From assembly GCA_037379345.1 (NCBI GenBank), contig CM074523.1:30953678-31017677 (forward strand): a stretch of 64,000 nt of DNA, in the 5' to 3' direction. A program made the position numbers and the translations under genes. The notes under the pieces were generated by a model. The model saw only the letters and a program-made list of their open reading frames with translations. It was not told where the DNA came from and did no database searches. Of the stretch, positions 12,401 through 27,400 are shown one piece after another; position 1 is the first letter of the stretch; the number at the start of each line of letters is the position of its first letter. The DNA is from Perna viridis. Its lineage: Eukaryota.

Positions 12401-15400
12401 CATGGCAGGTTATTTTGGTGTACGCCAAACTTCCGTGATTTTGAGGCATTGAGTACTTCAGCTCAAAATAAACAATTCATAAAATCTATTATGGTGTTTT
12501 TAGACATATCACTGAAATACCCCAAAACTAGCACCCTGCGAAAATTACCTGATGAACAATTGAAAACAATACAATAAAATTAGCTCAATGTAGACTTTTG
12601 TTTTAATTGCAATAATAAAACAGTCTTGATCTGCAAGGGCAAATAATAAACTACACTAATACAGTATGGGCATGCATATAAATACAGTGAATCCTATCAG
12701 AAACTGAATAATCCAAAAACCTGTCTAAACCAGACATCTTTCAAAATCCCTGTACATCAATTCAAATGTAATTTAAGGAGGTAGACCTAGGATAAGGGAC
12801 ATAACTCTTTAAATCAGTGATATGTTTGTATCATATTCAACTTCACCAAACCCTATCAAGCTTTCATTTGAGACAGAATGAAATCAACCCAAGTTACTTA
12901 GATGCTTACATGAGATTGATGTAAAATACTGAATACAAACGTTGCAACAATTTGTAAGAGTTGTGGCCCTTACACTAGGTCTACCTCCTTAAAACTTGGT
13001 AAACCAAACACCTGTCAAATTTTAATGTCCAAAAGAAGTTCAGTTTAGGCAGATTTCACTGTAAAATAAAAATGATAAAGGAAATGAGGAAGACTTACAT
13101 TCTACTTCTAAGAAGCCTTTTGTGACAGCTTTGCCATATGGGTTGACAGCCTCACAGCGATATTCACCAGCATCCTGTGGGAAAACTTCCACAATCAACA
13201 GGGAACAAGCTCCTGACTCTGGGTTAAAGGTCAGATGGAAATCTTGTGTCTCATAGAGTGGTTTGTCATCATGGAACCAAGAAACCTCACAAGTTGGAAT
13301 TCCCTGGAGCTCACATCTAAATTTGGCCTCTTCACCATCCATTACTTTGAGGTTGGTTAGACCCCATGTAAATTCTGGTGGACTGTGTCCTTCTGGGATT
13401 TCTACATCAAAAATGTCTTGAGTGGTTACAGCCTTATCTTCAACTTCCTTCGTCTCTGTGGTCTCTTCCTGAGTAATGACTATTTTAGCAACATCTTCTT
13501 TGGTTGGCATTTTCAATGTCAATTTCATCTCTTCCTTTGGTTTGTCCTCTATTTGCAGAGTTACCTCCTCTTTCTCTGTTTCAGAGACTTCTGATATTTC
13601 AAAAGTCACTTCCTCTGAAACATCCTCTGAGGTTGTTTCAATAGTAGTCATTTCTGTGACCTCAGGGGCCTCTTGGTCAGTAAGTTGAAATGTCATCTCA
13701 ATTTCTTCTCTTGGTTTTTCCTCAGTTTCAATTGTTGTGATTTGTACTGTAGAATCATCACTTTCTGGGATTTGGAAGGTAAATGCTTGCCCAACATCTC
13801 CTACAACTTCAGTTGATGTGGTTTCCTTGACAACAGTAGTCTGTTTTTCAGGACCACCAATCTCTAATGTCATCTCATATCCTTCTTGGGGTCGACCTTC
13901 AATGTTCAAGGTCATTTCTTCAGTATATGTGTCCTCAGAAACTGGTAGTTCAAATGTTTCTGATGTTTCAGTGGTGGTTCCTTCAGTGAAGGTTGTTATA
14001 ACTTGCTCTGCTGTTTCCCTTTCAGGAGAATATTCCATAGTAAATGCAGCAGATTCAGTATCCTCAGCTTGGAAAGTGAAGGTCACTTCCTTTTCAGCTG
14101 TATCCATGGCAACTGGTGCTGAGGTTGCTAATGTGTCCTCTATGACTAATTTTGTTGTCTCTGTTGGGGTTTCCTCAAAGGTCACTTCCTGTTGTTTGGT
14201 TTCCTCAACATCAGTAGTCTCTATGGTAAACTGGGTCTCTGTTGATTCTGTTACTTCAGAAGTAGAGGTAGTTTCAACAGTGGTGGTTTCAGTATCACCT
14301 ATTGCAAATGAAAAGCTGACTTCCTCATGAGGTTTTTCATCAATTTGAATAGTTAATTCCTGGGGTACTTCCTGTTCACTTTCTGGTAAAGTGATAGTCT
14401 CAGAACTAGTCTCAGTAATGGTTTCAGTCTCAGAAATCTCCTTGACAACTGGAACTCCCTGTTCGTGCTGTTCCATTTTTATGTCAATCTGGACATCCTC
14501 ACCTGAAACCTCCTCAATTTCAAATGTAACCTCTTCCTTCTGAACATCCTCAGTTTCTGGGACTTCAAAAGTGAACTCCTCTTTGACTGTTTCTGAGACT
14601 TCCTGAGTAATAGTTGAGACATCAGGTGTTCCTTCCTCTGGTTTTTGTACCTCAATAACTATCTCTTCTGTGGTTTCCTCAACAGGTTTGGTTGGGATCT
14701 GAATTTCAACTTGTTCTGTAACCTTTCTGTCCTCTGTTGGTTTGACAGGAAGCTTGAATTCAACTTCTTTCAAAGCTTCTCCAACAATGTCCATAGTCAG
14801 TTCTTCAATGTGTTTCTCACGTTTGTCAACTTTGACCTCGGTGAGAGCTGTTTCAGTCACTTCCTGTTCAGGAACAGGGATTTCAATTTCTACTTTTTCT
14901 TCCTTTGGTAAGCTATCAGCGATTTCCATGATAACCTCAACTCTCTCATCTTCAGGAATATCTTCCTTTGGTTTAACCTCCACTGTGACTTCATCCTTGA
15001 AACTTTCATCGACTGTTTTTCTTTCAATTGATGTTTTGGAAATAACAGTTTCAACAGTTTCTTGGACTTCTTCAGTAACGGGGATTGTGGTCTCAGTCTT
15101 TTCTTCAGGGAATGGCTTCTCTTCCTCTGTTGGTTTGATAGGAAGCTTGAATTCAACTTCTTTCAAAGCTTCTCCAACAATGTCCATAGTCAGTTCTTCA
15201 ATGTGTTTCTCACGTTTGTCAACTTTGACCTCGGTGACAGCTGTTTCAGTCACTTCCTGTTCAGGAACAGGGATTTCAATTTCTAATTTTTCTTCCTTTG
15301 GTAAGCTATCAGCGATTTCCATGATAACCTCAACTCTCTCATCTTCAGGAATATCTTCCTTTGGTTCAACCTCCACTGTGACTTCATCCTTGAAACTTTC

Positions 15401-18400
15401 ATCAACTGTTTTTCTTTCAATTGTTGTTTTGGAAATAACAGTCTCAACAGTTTCTTGGACTTCAGTAATGGGGATTGTAATCTCAATCATTTCTTCAGGG
15501 ACTGTTTTTTGTTCTTCAGGAACTTCTTCCATTGGAACTTCCTCTGGTTTTTGTTCTTCTGGAACTTCTTCCATTGGAACTTCCTCTGGTTTTTGTTCTT
15601 CAGGAACTTCTTTAGGAACTACCTCTGGTTTTTGTTCTTCTATTACATCCTCATGTGGTTTCTCAATTGTTGTTCTTATTTCTTCAATTTGCTCATCTAA
15701 AGGACGTGGCATGTCCTTCATTTCAGTGACCTCTATCTCAGCATCACTGACCTCTTTGACAACCTTAGCAATGATTTCAGTTGGCTTCTGCTTCATGGTA
15801 GTCTGGTGCACTTCAACCTCAATTTTCTGAGCAGAAGGTCTTCTTTCTTTGCCAGTGACAATTTCAGTTTTATGTACTTCCTGTGAAGGTAATGTGACCT
15901 GAAGTTCCACTTCTTGTTGTTCATCGGGAACTATTTCAATAGATTCCATATGAACTTCCTGGGATACTTCAACTTGGTCAACAGGAAGTGTTCTGATTTC
16001 TTCAGTAGTTATTGTTCTTGTCTCCTTGGTGATTTCAGTGACACTTTGTGGGCCCTGATCAGGCATTTGAACTACAAGTTCTACAGGTTTTGTTTCCTGT
16101 TCTTTGTCTGGTATAACTCTTGTTGTGAACACTGAATCACCTTCCTTAATTTTTGGAATGTCGTCATCATCTTGGAATGTTTCCGTGGTAACCTGAGTGT
16201 ACGTTGTTGTTTCTTTGATAACAGAAGACGTGGTAACCGCCGTCTGCTGTGGGAAACCAATCTGGATTTCAACAGCTGTTGGTTTTTGCTGAGTTGGCTG
16301 AGCCACTTTGTCCAGCGTTATGGTTTCTATATAAGAAGTATCCTCAGGTATAATAATTGGTTGAGTTTCCTCAGTCGGTTGAATGTCAATCCTGGTGCGA
16401 TGGCGTTCATGTACTGAAATTGGTGGTTCTGTCTCTTTTGGCATTTGTTGGACTTCAATAGTTGTCCTATGGTATTCTTCAGATGGAATTTCCTCATCTG
16501 GAGCTGAAAAGGTCAAAGGGCAGGATTTAGGACAAACAAAGGATAAATATGGTCCAAGGTCAAATAAAAATATATGGAAGAAAAATAAGAAGGCATAGGA
16601 TTGAACAGAGGAATCTACATCTAAAAGATTCTATTATATACCCTACTCTAATTCAAGCTTATACTTCTAAATACATTGTATACTAATTATGTACGTTTGT
16701 TCATGCATGTGTTTTCCCTATATGTTAAAAACTGAGGGATGCTTAGGACTAATACAACTGGTGTGATTTAAAATCGAGAGAATTTCGTTTTCATTTCATG
16801 CTTTTTCTAAATTGGCCTTACAGTCTTTCATCACATGAGTATCAATACATAAAACCATATTTAGTAAGGCCTCACAAAGTAAATTACTTCTTTCTCAGGC
16901 CCTCTCTTCTCACTTTTATGGGCCTCATAAACCAAAAAGCAACTCTCTCAACAAAATTTCTATCAACAGTGTAAAAATCACCACACCATCTTTTTGAGGC
17001 AATGAAATAGTAAGAGAAAGTGGCCTGAGAACTTAGAAATTAACTCTGAATGGCCTTGTTTAATGACACTCACCAACAACCATTAACCTACAGGAAGTGA
17101 TGGACTCGCCATAAGGGTTTTTGGCCGTACAGGTATATTCTCCTTCGTCCTCAGGGAAAACTTCGACGATAACGAGAATACTCTCCCTCTTACTGTAGTC
17201 AATGATAATCTGGAAGTCGTGGCTGGGTTTAATTTCCTGGCCGTTGTGATACCAGATTATTCTTGGCTGCGGTTTTCCAAGGAATGCCACCTTGAGTTCA
17301 ACACGAGTGCCATCACGGACAGTTATTGGTTTGAGAAGTTCAGTAAATTCTGGTGGAATGCCTTCCTCCGGTTGTTTTGGAGTTGTCTGCTCTTGCTGTT
17401 GGGTTGGGACCTCAAATTCTACCCTCTTTATTGCTGTGATTGGAATTAAATGCAAATTTTAAATATCTTAAAACATTAAATAAATTCTATGCAAAGCATA
17501 ACTTTAAAATACTGATGTTTTAAAAGCATTGTAATCAGAATTCATATACTGATAATCAACTTCAATCAGAATACACATACTGTGCCAATTAAATTTCAAA
17601 TCTCCAACTGGCAGCTATGATTTATTTACAAAAAGAAAACCAATAATGTAAAGCATATTGTTTTCCAAATAGTTCTGAAACCCACCTTTATTTGTATTGA
17701 AAGTGTTATCAGTTTGCTATAAATTAAAAATACCCCAGTTCTTCCACTATTGAAGTGAATTTGGTCAAATCAACCCAGACAGTAATGTACTTACATTTGA
17801 TAATAAGTGTAGATTTACAGGTGACAACACCTCTCTCATTCTCAGCTACACAAATATAATCCCCAACATCCTCTGGGTTTACATTGTCAATTGTCAAGGT
17901 CGTCTTGTTTCTCTCCTCAATGACCTTGACCTTGTCTGAAGGTTGAAGTTTGACCTCATTTTTATACCAGGTCACAGCAGGTTGGGGTTCACCTCTAACC
18001 TCTACTTCAAACCTAGGAAGACAAAACAAAAATTCTCAGACAGTTTCGTAAGAATTGAAAATTTTCTACAAACACATACAATTTTGGATCATCCTACAGG
18101 CATTGAAGTCATAATTAAATCTAAATATACTGCTATATATGAAAACACTTAAAAAAAAAAACAAACTGTTGCCACTAAAACAAAAATTCATAGCCAGAGA
18201 AGATTTTACGAGGTGTACAAACAAAGTGGATTTGAAAAATCATCCCTGCATAACACCCCTACCCCCCACTTTCTTTGGTCACTTTTGTGAGTGCCTCATT
18301 AACCATTTTTATCAACTTATTCATGAAATTAAAATAACACCTCCTTCATCATTTTTGAAGCAATAAAACAGAAAAAAATGACTCTATCCCTAATTTGCCT

Positions 18401-21400
18401 TCAAGAAAATATGTCGAAGAACCAAAGAATCACCATGGAATGGCCTACAAACCAAAGAATCAACATTGAATGCCCTATAGAAGTTAGGAATCATCTTTGA
18501 ATGTCCTACAACCAAAGAATCCACTTTGAATGGCCTCAGTATATTGTTAATCAATTTACCTAGCAGTTTCTCCCTGTGGTACTTTAGTTTCTGGTACCAA
18601 AGGTTTGATGAATTCTGGAGACATTTCCATGGTGGTGGTGTGTTTCTCTGGTCCCTCACCAACTTCTATCTCCTCAATGTCTTCCTCCTCTTCAGAAGAT
18701 GCTGAAAAGAAGAAAAACACATTTATAGGTGATTTAAAAACTTATATTATCAGTGTGAACCAACCAGCAGGGCAAACAAGTCTGTCTGCTCACAAGGGGT
18801 CTAATTAAGTATCTGTCCTTATAAAAATCAGAGAGGAGGTGATTCATGCATGTCAAAAACCCACTGAATTCACTTTTATTTCTTATTCAGAATCAGTTAC
18901 AGACCACATAACCAGTCATATTTTTCATTTGGGTGCTGCGATTTTGAAATAATATTTATATAGATTGTACATGAAATTGTTACTTTACCAGAGTTATTGT
19001 TCTTGATTTTGTTTCATTTGGTTAATTTTAGTGAAAGATAAATGTATGATTTTCTCAAAAGTACAGATCTGAATATGTAAGGGACATTTGTTATGTAAAA
19101 ATATAGCATATGTAGATTGAAAAAGACATTGTTTGTTTGGTGGCTTTTTCTTCACCATGAATCACTTTATCATTGGCAGTGTCTGAATTTTATATGGACT
19201 AGTACTTACAATAAGCAGGTTCAACTATCAGAATGATCATTTCATCAAACAAATTTAAGTAGTCAAAGTATATCACAAAAGACTATTTGTCTGCAATTAA
19301 TAACTCTAATTATACTTACGTTGTACAACCAGATTGGCGGTGGTCACACTTTCACCAAATGGATTCTTGGCAGCACAGGCATAAACACCCGCATCATCAG
19401 GGAAGACTTCTGGAATTGTTAATTTACATACTCCTGTTTCTTCATCATATTCAACCTTAAAGTCAGTACTTGGTACAATTTCATGATCATCTTTGTACCA
19501 TTTAATAACAGGTGTTGGAACTCCAGTAACCTGGCAGGTCATTGTGACCTCATTGCCATCTTGGATAATTTGAGGTTTCAGTAAGTCAGAGAATTCAGGA
19601 GGCACTTCCTCAATAGCTTGTGCCTCTTCAATAGTGTCATATTCTGGAACTAAATCTGGTTTAGGTTTAGGTTGTTCTTCACCAGGCAGGGCACCAGTTT
19701 TGTCAAACTTTTCAGCAAGCTCCTTATCAGGAATTTCAATTTTCTTAGTAACAATTTCAGGAACGATTTGTTCCTCTTCAGGAATTTCCCTTTTCATCGG
19801 AGGTAACTCCTTCTTAGGAGCTTTATCGGGTGATATTGTCTCTTCTTGAACGACCTCTCCAGCTTCCTCCATCTCTGTTGGTGGTTTAGCTGCCTCCTGT
19901 ACAATTGGGATGTCACCGATTGGTGATTCCTCTCTGGGTTTCTCCTCCTCATAGATAGAGACAGGTTTGGGTCGGTCTAGGACAGTTGGAGTGACCTCCA
20001 TTTCCTCAACTTCATAAGATTTGGTGTCAACTGGAAGTTGTGGTCTTTCAACAACCTGAGATTGAAATGATAAAAAAAAAATTGTATTAATAGAAATTAT
20101 AGATACTGACAGAAGTCATCAACATATACTCCTTAGTTGCTACTATAATTGTAGAGTTATTTATATGTTTGTGTATCTGCATCTTTCTTTATTTCTTTTT
20201 TTTTTTCACAATTTCCACATAAATCATTAAATACCTGGTTGCTTATAAGATATATTTTGAAAGTCTGTTTAGTATATGTAATCTATGGTTTAGTTTTATG
20301 AAAAATCTTAATGAGGACCATAAAATTGGCAAAAAAATACGAAAGCATAGGAAGTGGCAGAGACTAAAACCCAGCTTAATATTTACCTTAGGAACAACTT
20401 CATCTTCTTGAATATCAGTTTCCATAGGAATTTCCTCCTCCATATATGGCTGGACCTCAGCATCGATTACTGTCAAGTAGGATCTCGTACTGGCATCTCC
20501 AACAGGATTCTGGGCAATACAGACATATTCGCCCTCATCCTCAGGGAAAACCTCAACAATCAGCAGTTTAATCTCACCAGTGTCTGGGTTGTAGGAGATG
20601 ACATACTCGTCGTCTTGGTCAATGTTTTTGCCATTGTGGAAAAAGGAAATCTGAGGTGGTGGTTTGCCAATGACTTTGCATGGTATTGTGAGTTCCTGTC
20701 CATCGACAGCTTCAATTGATGGTAATTGTTCGACAAATCTGGGTGGTTGAAGTGCTTCGGTTGGTGATGGTTGGATTTCAGCTGAGTCGCTCGGTCTCTT
20801 TGGTATGGACAGTTCTTCAGTAGCTGGTTCTAAATAAATAAATTTAAAACTTTTTCAAACATTGCAAAATTCAAAATCATTAACTAATCTAACAATGAAT
20901 TTTTTATTCCATATAGAGTGAAACAAAAAATAACTAAATTGTTTAAGATAAAAGTGAAAACATTCCTGTCATAGAATGTGGCAGTAATGTAGATTATAAG
21001 GTAACTATATACATAAAAAAATTCTACTGGGTCTCTGAATCAAAAATAGAAAATTTGTCTTTATTTAAATGATCACACAGTACTTTATGTGTTTTGTTAA
21101 AAACTATGAACATGTTTGGTGAAGCAAATGTATTCAACTTTACAACCTTTAGAAAACTAAACAAACAAAATGAAGAAATTTTCTGAAAAAGGGGTGCAAC
21201 GAACCACTTGCCCCCTCTCCTGTTATAAGCCTTTCAAGAAACTCTTATAGATTAAACTGTACATTTAGTGAAGAATTAAGTCAATCCCAGCTTTGACATG
21301 TCTCCACAGAGAAGGGGGAGAGGTAGCAAATAATTAAACCAACTGTTGCCTTCCATATTGTAGGTCTGTCAAGAAAATTGTCATTAAGCGTAAGTGTTTG

Positions 21401-24400
21401 TAAGAATCAGGCAAAATGGGAAAAATCAGAAACATGCATGTGAAAAACCCACTGATCTGACATATCACTCAAGGATGCTTTCTATATTTGAAAATACCAT
21501 TATTTGATCTCTGCATCACTGGCTTTGCTCAGTAATTTTTCAATAGAGTGTTAGAAAAATAAGATTTTTGACAGAGTTATCTGCCCTTGAAATGTTCATT
21601 TACAGTGCATTTCAATGAAATTGTAACTCATTGGGTCAGCATGATATAGAAAATCTTGTCTGTTTTCCTTGATTCTGATGGTAAAAATAGTCAAATTAAA
21701 TTATCAAAATGGTGGGTTTTTTCATACCATGTTTCACTCACTGCCTGATTCTTACAGGAACTAACACTTAATACCCACCTTGTACATAGAGTGTAGAACT
21801 ACATGATGTCTCTCCAAGCTCTGAGACGGCTCTACAGGTGTACTCCCCTGTGTCCTCAGGTCCTACCTCTATAATGAGTAGTGTACTCTTACCATCCTCA
21901 TACAGAACCTCATAATGAGGTGATGGAACGACTTCTACACCATTGATGTACCATGTGACTAGTGGTGGTGGATATGCTCCAATCTTGCACTCAAGTCTGT
22001 AAAACATTAATTTTTTTTTTAAATGCTTAGATCAAGGGAAGTGTTCTTAAAAGATCAAAACTGGAATTAACTATTTTTAGAATGGTAAACTTCAATTTTA
22101 TTATTGCATTTTAAGATATTCCATTGCTTTTATAAATAATATAACGAGAATGGTGTATATGTCAAAGAGACAACATAAAAAAGTACAGGCCATCCATTGG
22201 TCTTCAATGAAAGGAAACCCTCATACCACAAGGCAGGCTGAAGCTGGCCCCAAAACATCATTATACACAGGTACAGTGAAATAGTTGCCCCTATATACTC
22301 AACACAAAAAATAAACTAAAGGTGAAAACAAAACTAGGCATAGAGAGGCCAGAATTTCTTGTCTCATTAAAAAACGCGATACCAGACTATTCCAAAAAAA
22401 GCCATACCAGACTATTTCAAAAAAGTGATACAAAACTATTCCAAAAACAAAAGCCATACCAGACTATTCCTGTTCACTCGCAAATACTCTCCGATTTCTT
22501 TGAACTGAACTCAAGTTTGATCATAACCATTTACAATATCCATGTTATGTTGATATATTTACCTTGCAATTCCTCTCTCCCTGACAAAAATTTCAGGTTC
22601 CATTGGAGTTGTGAACTCTGGTTTGACCATCTCCTGGATAATTCTCTCCTCATGAGTCACAGTGGTGGTTGTTTCAGTCAGAGTGAAGGTCTCTTCGGTC
22701 TTTGGTACAATTTCTATTATTCTCTCTTTGGCTGTGAAAACAAAATGAAAAATGTCATGTAAATCTAAGGTCAATCAGTTTCCAATGAGGGAGAGAAGGC
22801 ATTTCTTATTACAGTGGATTCTGCTTAATTGCATAGCCTATTTGCCAGTAAAAATTATGCAAATAACAGGGCTATTCTTATAACCGAAATTACGATTTTA
22901 ACGGAAGTGTGAGTTCAGGTAAGACGATGATACTGTGGATCAACCAGGGATATCACTGTTCAACATTTCTGATCTGGTATTTAATTGTTATAGACCTTCT
23001 CATTGTATTGTTCTTTTATCAATAAATAATAATATATATTGTGTTTGTCTTGTTTATTGACCTTCTTTACGTTGTGTGTATTTATAAGTAAAACCATGTG
23101 TTTCTCATCTATAAATAGTCAAGTAATTTCCTGACCTTTCTACGAAAGCAAATCCTATATTTCATATTTCAGCCAGGATTCAGTGTAATATTCATCAATG
23201 TTTGCAGTTTGTGGGCTTTTGAAATGGTCTGTGTGTTTTCATTCCTCTGTTCATTGTACACTGATAGTTGTGTATTATACGCGTCATTGACCTCGATATA
23301 TTCCTATAAAGTGTGGATAGTATGGGGCACCTTAGGGTAGTTGAATTTCATTAGACATTGTACTGAATGAATAACTTTTAATTTTCGTATAATATTTATG
23401 CCTAGTAACCCAAGCTCACTCAAAACTGTTCAGCTCATTAAAGAAAATTAAATTTACATTGATAATCATTTGTAGTCGGAAGAATTTAAATAGGGACAAA
23501 AAATACCCCAAGCCGAACCTCAAGCCGCATCATAAGGTGATGTTCGGCATGTCGTCAGAGGTCATTGTTCACCTAGGTGCTTGTTTATTTTAATGTAATT
23601 AGAAATCATTTATATTGTCTTTTATGTCCATGATTTTTTTAATCCATTATTAACACCTCCTGATTGATGATAATCTAGTTTTTACAACAATAAATATGAT
23701 TGACATATTTATGACCCGAAGGCTTAAAATAGAATTTGGGAAAACCTGTCTTTACCTTGACGAGGCAAAATTCTCTATGCAATGAACAGAAATGCACCTC
23801 CAAGGCCTATGCAAATAAGCGATTTTTTTCCCTAATAGAATAATAGGAAATGGTTTTGTGCAGGAGAAAATTATGCTAATAACCGAAATATGCAATAAAG
23901 CGATATGCGATTAAGTGGAGTCGACTGTATATATATATATATATATATAGCTGTGAAAAAAATTCCAATAATTCACACTGAAATAAATTTGGTAATTTCA
24001 CTCAGAATTTCTCCTATCAAAACATATCAACATGAATATCAATCCGAAAATTAAAAAAAAAAATTAAAACTTACATTGATAAATTATGGAGAAAATCTCC
24101 ATAAGTAGAACAATCAATTGGTTATTGCCAAGAATGCATTAATGTGTGAATAACAATATCCACTCTCGTTAAATCTAGGCATTGTTCGGCACTTGTGAAA
24201 ATATTTTGGTAAATCACTGTTTACAATTAATTATCCTATTATAATTACTTTTTCAATGTCCTAATAGTGGGTGCTATTTTTTCTTTCTTTTTTTTTTCTC
24301 TTGGATATGTCATCAAGCACCATTAAAAGAGATATGGAAGGGCCTGATGTTACTTCCTGTTTTGCATAAATATCAGTAATTCTTACAAATCATCAGAACG

Positions 24401-27400
24401 TTTGTATTCAATATTTTACATCAATCTCATGTAAGCATCAAAGTAACTTGGATTTATTTCATTCTGTTTCAAAAGAAAGCTTGAAAGGCTTTGGTGAAAT
24501 TGAATACAATACAAACAGATAACTGACCTCAAGAGTTATGTCCCTTACCCTAGGTCTACCTCCTTAAGAAATAAATCCTCACTATCAGAATAGCACAATA
24601 CTTACGTTCAATCTTGAGAGTAGTTTTACATGTGACAGATCCAACCTCATTTTCAGCCTTGAGGAGGTAGTCACCCTCATCTTCTTTCTGTGCATTGATA
24701 ATAATGAGGATAATCGTATCTTTCTCCTTGAGGATATTACGCCTCTGAGTTGGTACAATTGGCAGGCCATTCACGTAGAATGTACATCTAGGAGGTGGAT
24801 AGGCACTTATGCTGGCCTCAAGTCTACAAATGGAAAGGGTGTATGGTTTATCTCCCAATTTCACAATTCATGCACAGCATTCAATAGTCTTTAAAAAACA
24901 TTAAGTAGCATTCCAGCTAAGAATCACACAAAATGTGATACATGGCTGGAAAGCCTACAAATTTTTATTTTTGATATTTTGTTTAAAATGCTTTAATAAA
25001 CAGAAATTAACATTTGGTTTTTCATATAATTCATGCTCATAGGAGATAAAAATTGTATAGAATACACTGTAGAATTCAAAATTAAGGGAGATAACTGTGT
25101 AAATGACACTCAAATACAATACAATCTATTTTCAATATTGATTATCTCCTAAGAGCTGGCAGATTTGAATGAATAATTACACATTTTATAGTAAAGACCC
25201 ATAAAACAACTTAATTACAAAAATAAAAATGTGTAGCATTTTTTGGGGTGTATCACATTTTTCATATTTTGCACGATTCTTACAAAGACAGCTACTTAAA
25301 AAGATCAAACAAATGAAAATTCATGTTTTGTTGATTTCAAATTTTTTTCAACATAATACATGTATTAATTTCAAATATAAAATGTAAACACAAATTTTAA
25401 TCACCTTAAACTAAGGAGTTTCACACTAAACAGCTTTAATCTCCAATTCTACACATTCTAATACTTAGCGAAATACAGAAAATATTCAGATGTACTTAAA
25501 ATAAAATTATCACAGCTGATGAAAGACAAACATTTTATACTATTACATCCTACCTGGCGGTGTCACCTGGTTTGACTGAGGTCACAGGTTGTAGAGCCTT
25601 CGTGAAGTCAGGTGGGGTGGTCTTAATTGTTGTGATATATTTCTCTTCGAGCAGTCTGGCTTCCTCTGTGTCTGTTGATTATAAAATTCATTAATTTAAG
25701 TACTTGTTAAAAAAATTTAAAATGAGTATCCAGACAACAAACTTCAATATAATAATCATAAAATTGGTTCAAACTTGTACAAACAAATTGTTCTGTTCCC
25801 AAATGAGTTGGTTTCATACGGTAAAAATCTAATAGGATTGAATAGGATTTCATACTCTTTGAAGCTTTATAGATTGCCAATTTTATATTAAGTTTCTGTG
25901 TGTATTATTTTATTTAAGTATCAGTCCACATAAAATTCAGACATTACCAATGGTAAAGTGATTCATGGTGAAGAAAATCCCACCAAACAAAAATGCTTTT
26001 TCAGTCTACATATGCTATACTTTCATATAACAACAATTTTTTCTGCAGTCAGATCTGCACTTTTTAGAAAATCATACATTAACCTCTCATTAAAATCAAC
26101 AAAATGAAGCCAAATCAAGAACGATAACTCTTGCAAAGTGCAAATTTCATGTACAATCTATATAATTTTTATCTCGAAAGTGCAACAACCAAATGAAAAA
26201 CCAAGACTGGTTATATGATCGGTAACTGTTTCTGAACAAGAAATAAAACTGAATTATGTGGGTTTTTGACATGCATGAATCACCTTTTGTCCGATTTTAA
26301 TAAGACTGATACTTAATTTGCATTACTTATGAAGTTTTGTTCTTGGTCTTTACTTCATTCTTATCTATGTGTCCTTACTTTTACTTTCCCCATGTACAAT
26401 TTTTTTAACACTAATTATATACAATCATTGAAAAAAAGAGAAAAAGAAAAAAACAAATTAAAAATTATAACATATGCTTCTTTACCAAATGACTTACCCT
26501 TCAAAGAATCAGGTAGATCCCATCATGCAATATTCTCACATCAAACAGCACTTCCTATCACATGACAAACTCCATGCAAATCAGACCTGTCAACTTACTA
26601 AATCTTGCACTATACTCATGTTAGTAAAAACAATGTATGATTAATTCACATAGGTATCAATACAAGCTATACATATCACTTGTCTGAAAGAAACAAACTA
26701 ATTATATACAAAATGCATGCCAAATTAATATTTGCATCTATCACAAATATCTACAGGTTCAGAAAGTCATTAATAAGACTGAAAGAATATATTAAAATTT
26801 TCAAAATTCAATTGACCATGAAATCAAGAAGAGTATGGTGTAACATCATTAGTTTTGTACCAACTGGCATTTCTACCTGTATATGCATCTTGCAAAGGAG
26901 ACTTCAAAATATAAGACCAAATCCTGTAGAAATTCTGGCATACTTTTATGAAAATGCTAACTTCAAAACCAACCATACTCATTGATACATGGATATGCTT
27001 GGTTAATCATACACACAAATAATCCATCCAAGCTTATCTATCTTCAACCATCAAAACAGTGGTATAGATAAACTTAGAATGGCACTACACTACAGGGAAC
27101 AACAGCCATGCCACATTATTTTTTTTGTACATCTTTATAGAAAATTGAATTAGATCAGTAACATTTTCAATCCAACTCTGTTAGCTACTAATGTATAAAT
27201 AACTCTCCAAGTAGAGCTATTAAGGAAGAATGATGATAACCAGGAAAGCTATTTTAACCACACAGTAGCTTTATCTAAAATTGTATTTAAAATGATACCA
27301 CTCTTTTCTCAATTGCCATAAAAATGGTGCCACTTTTTTCATTTGGCATAAAAATTGTATCACAGTTCTTTCATTTGCAATATTTTAAAAAAAATATAAT

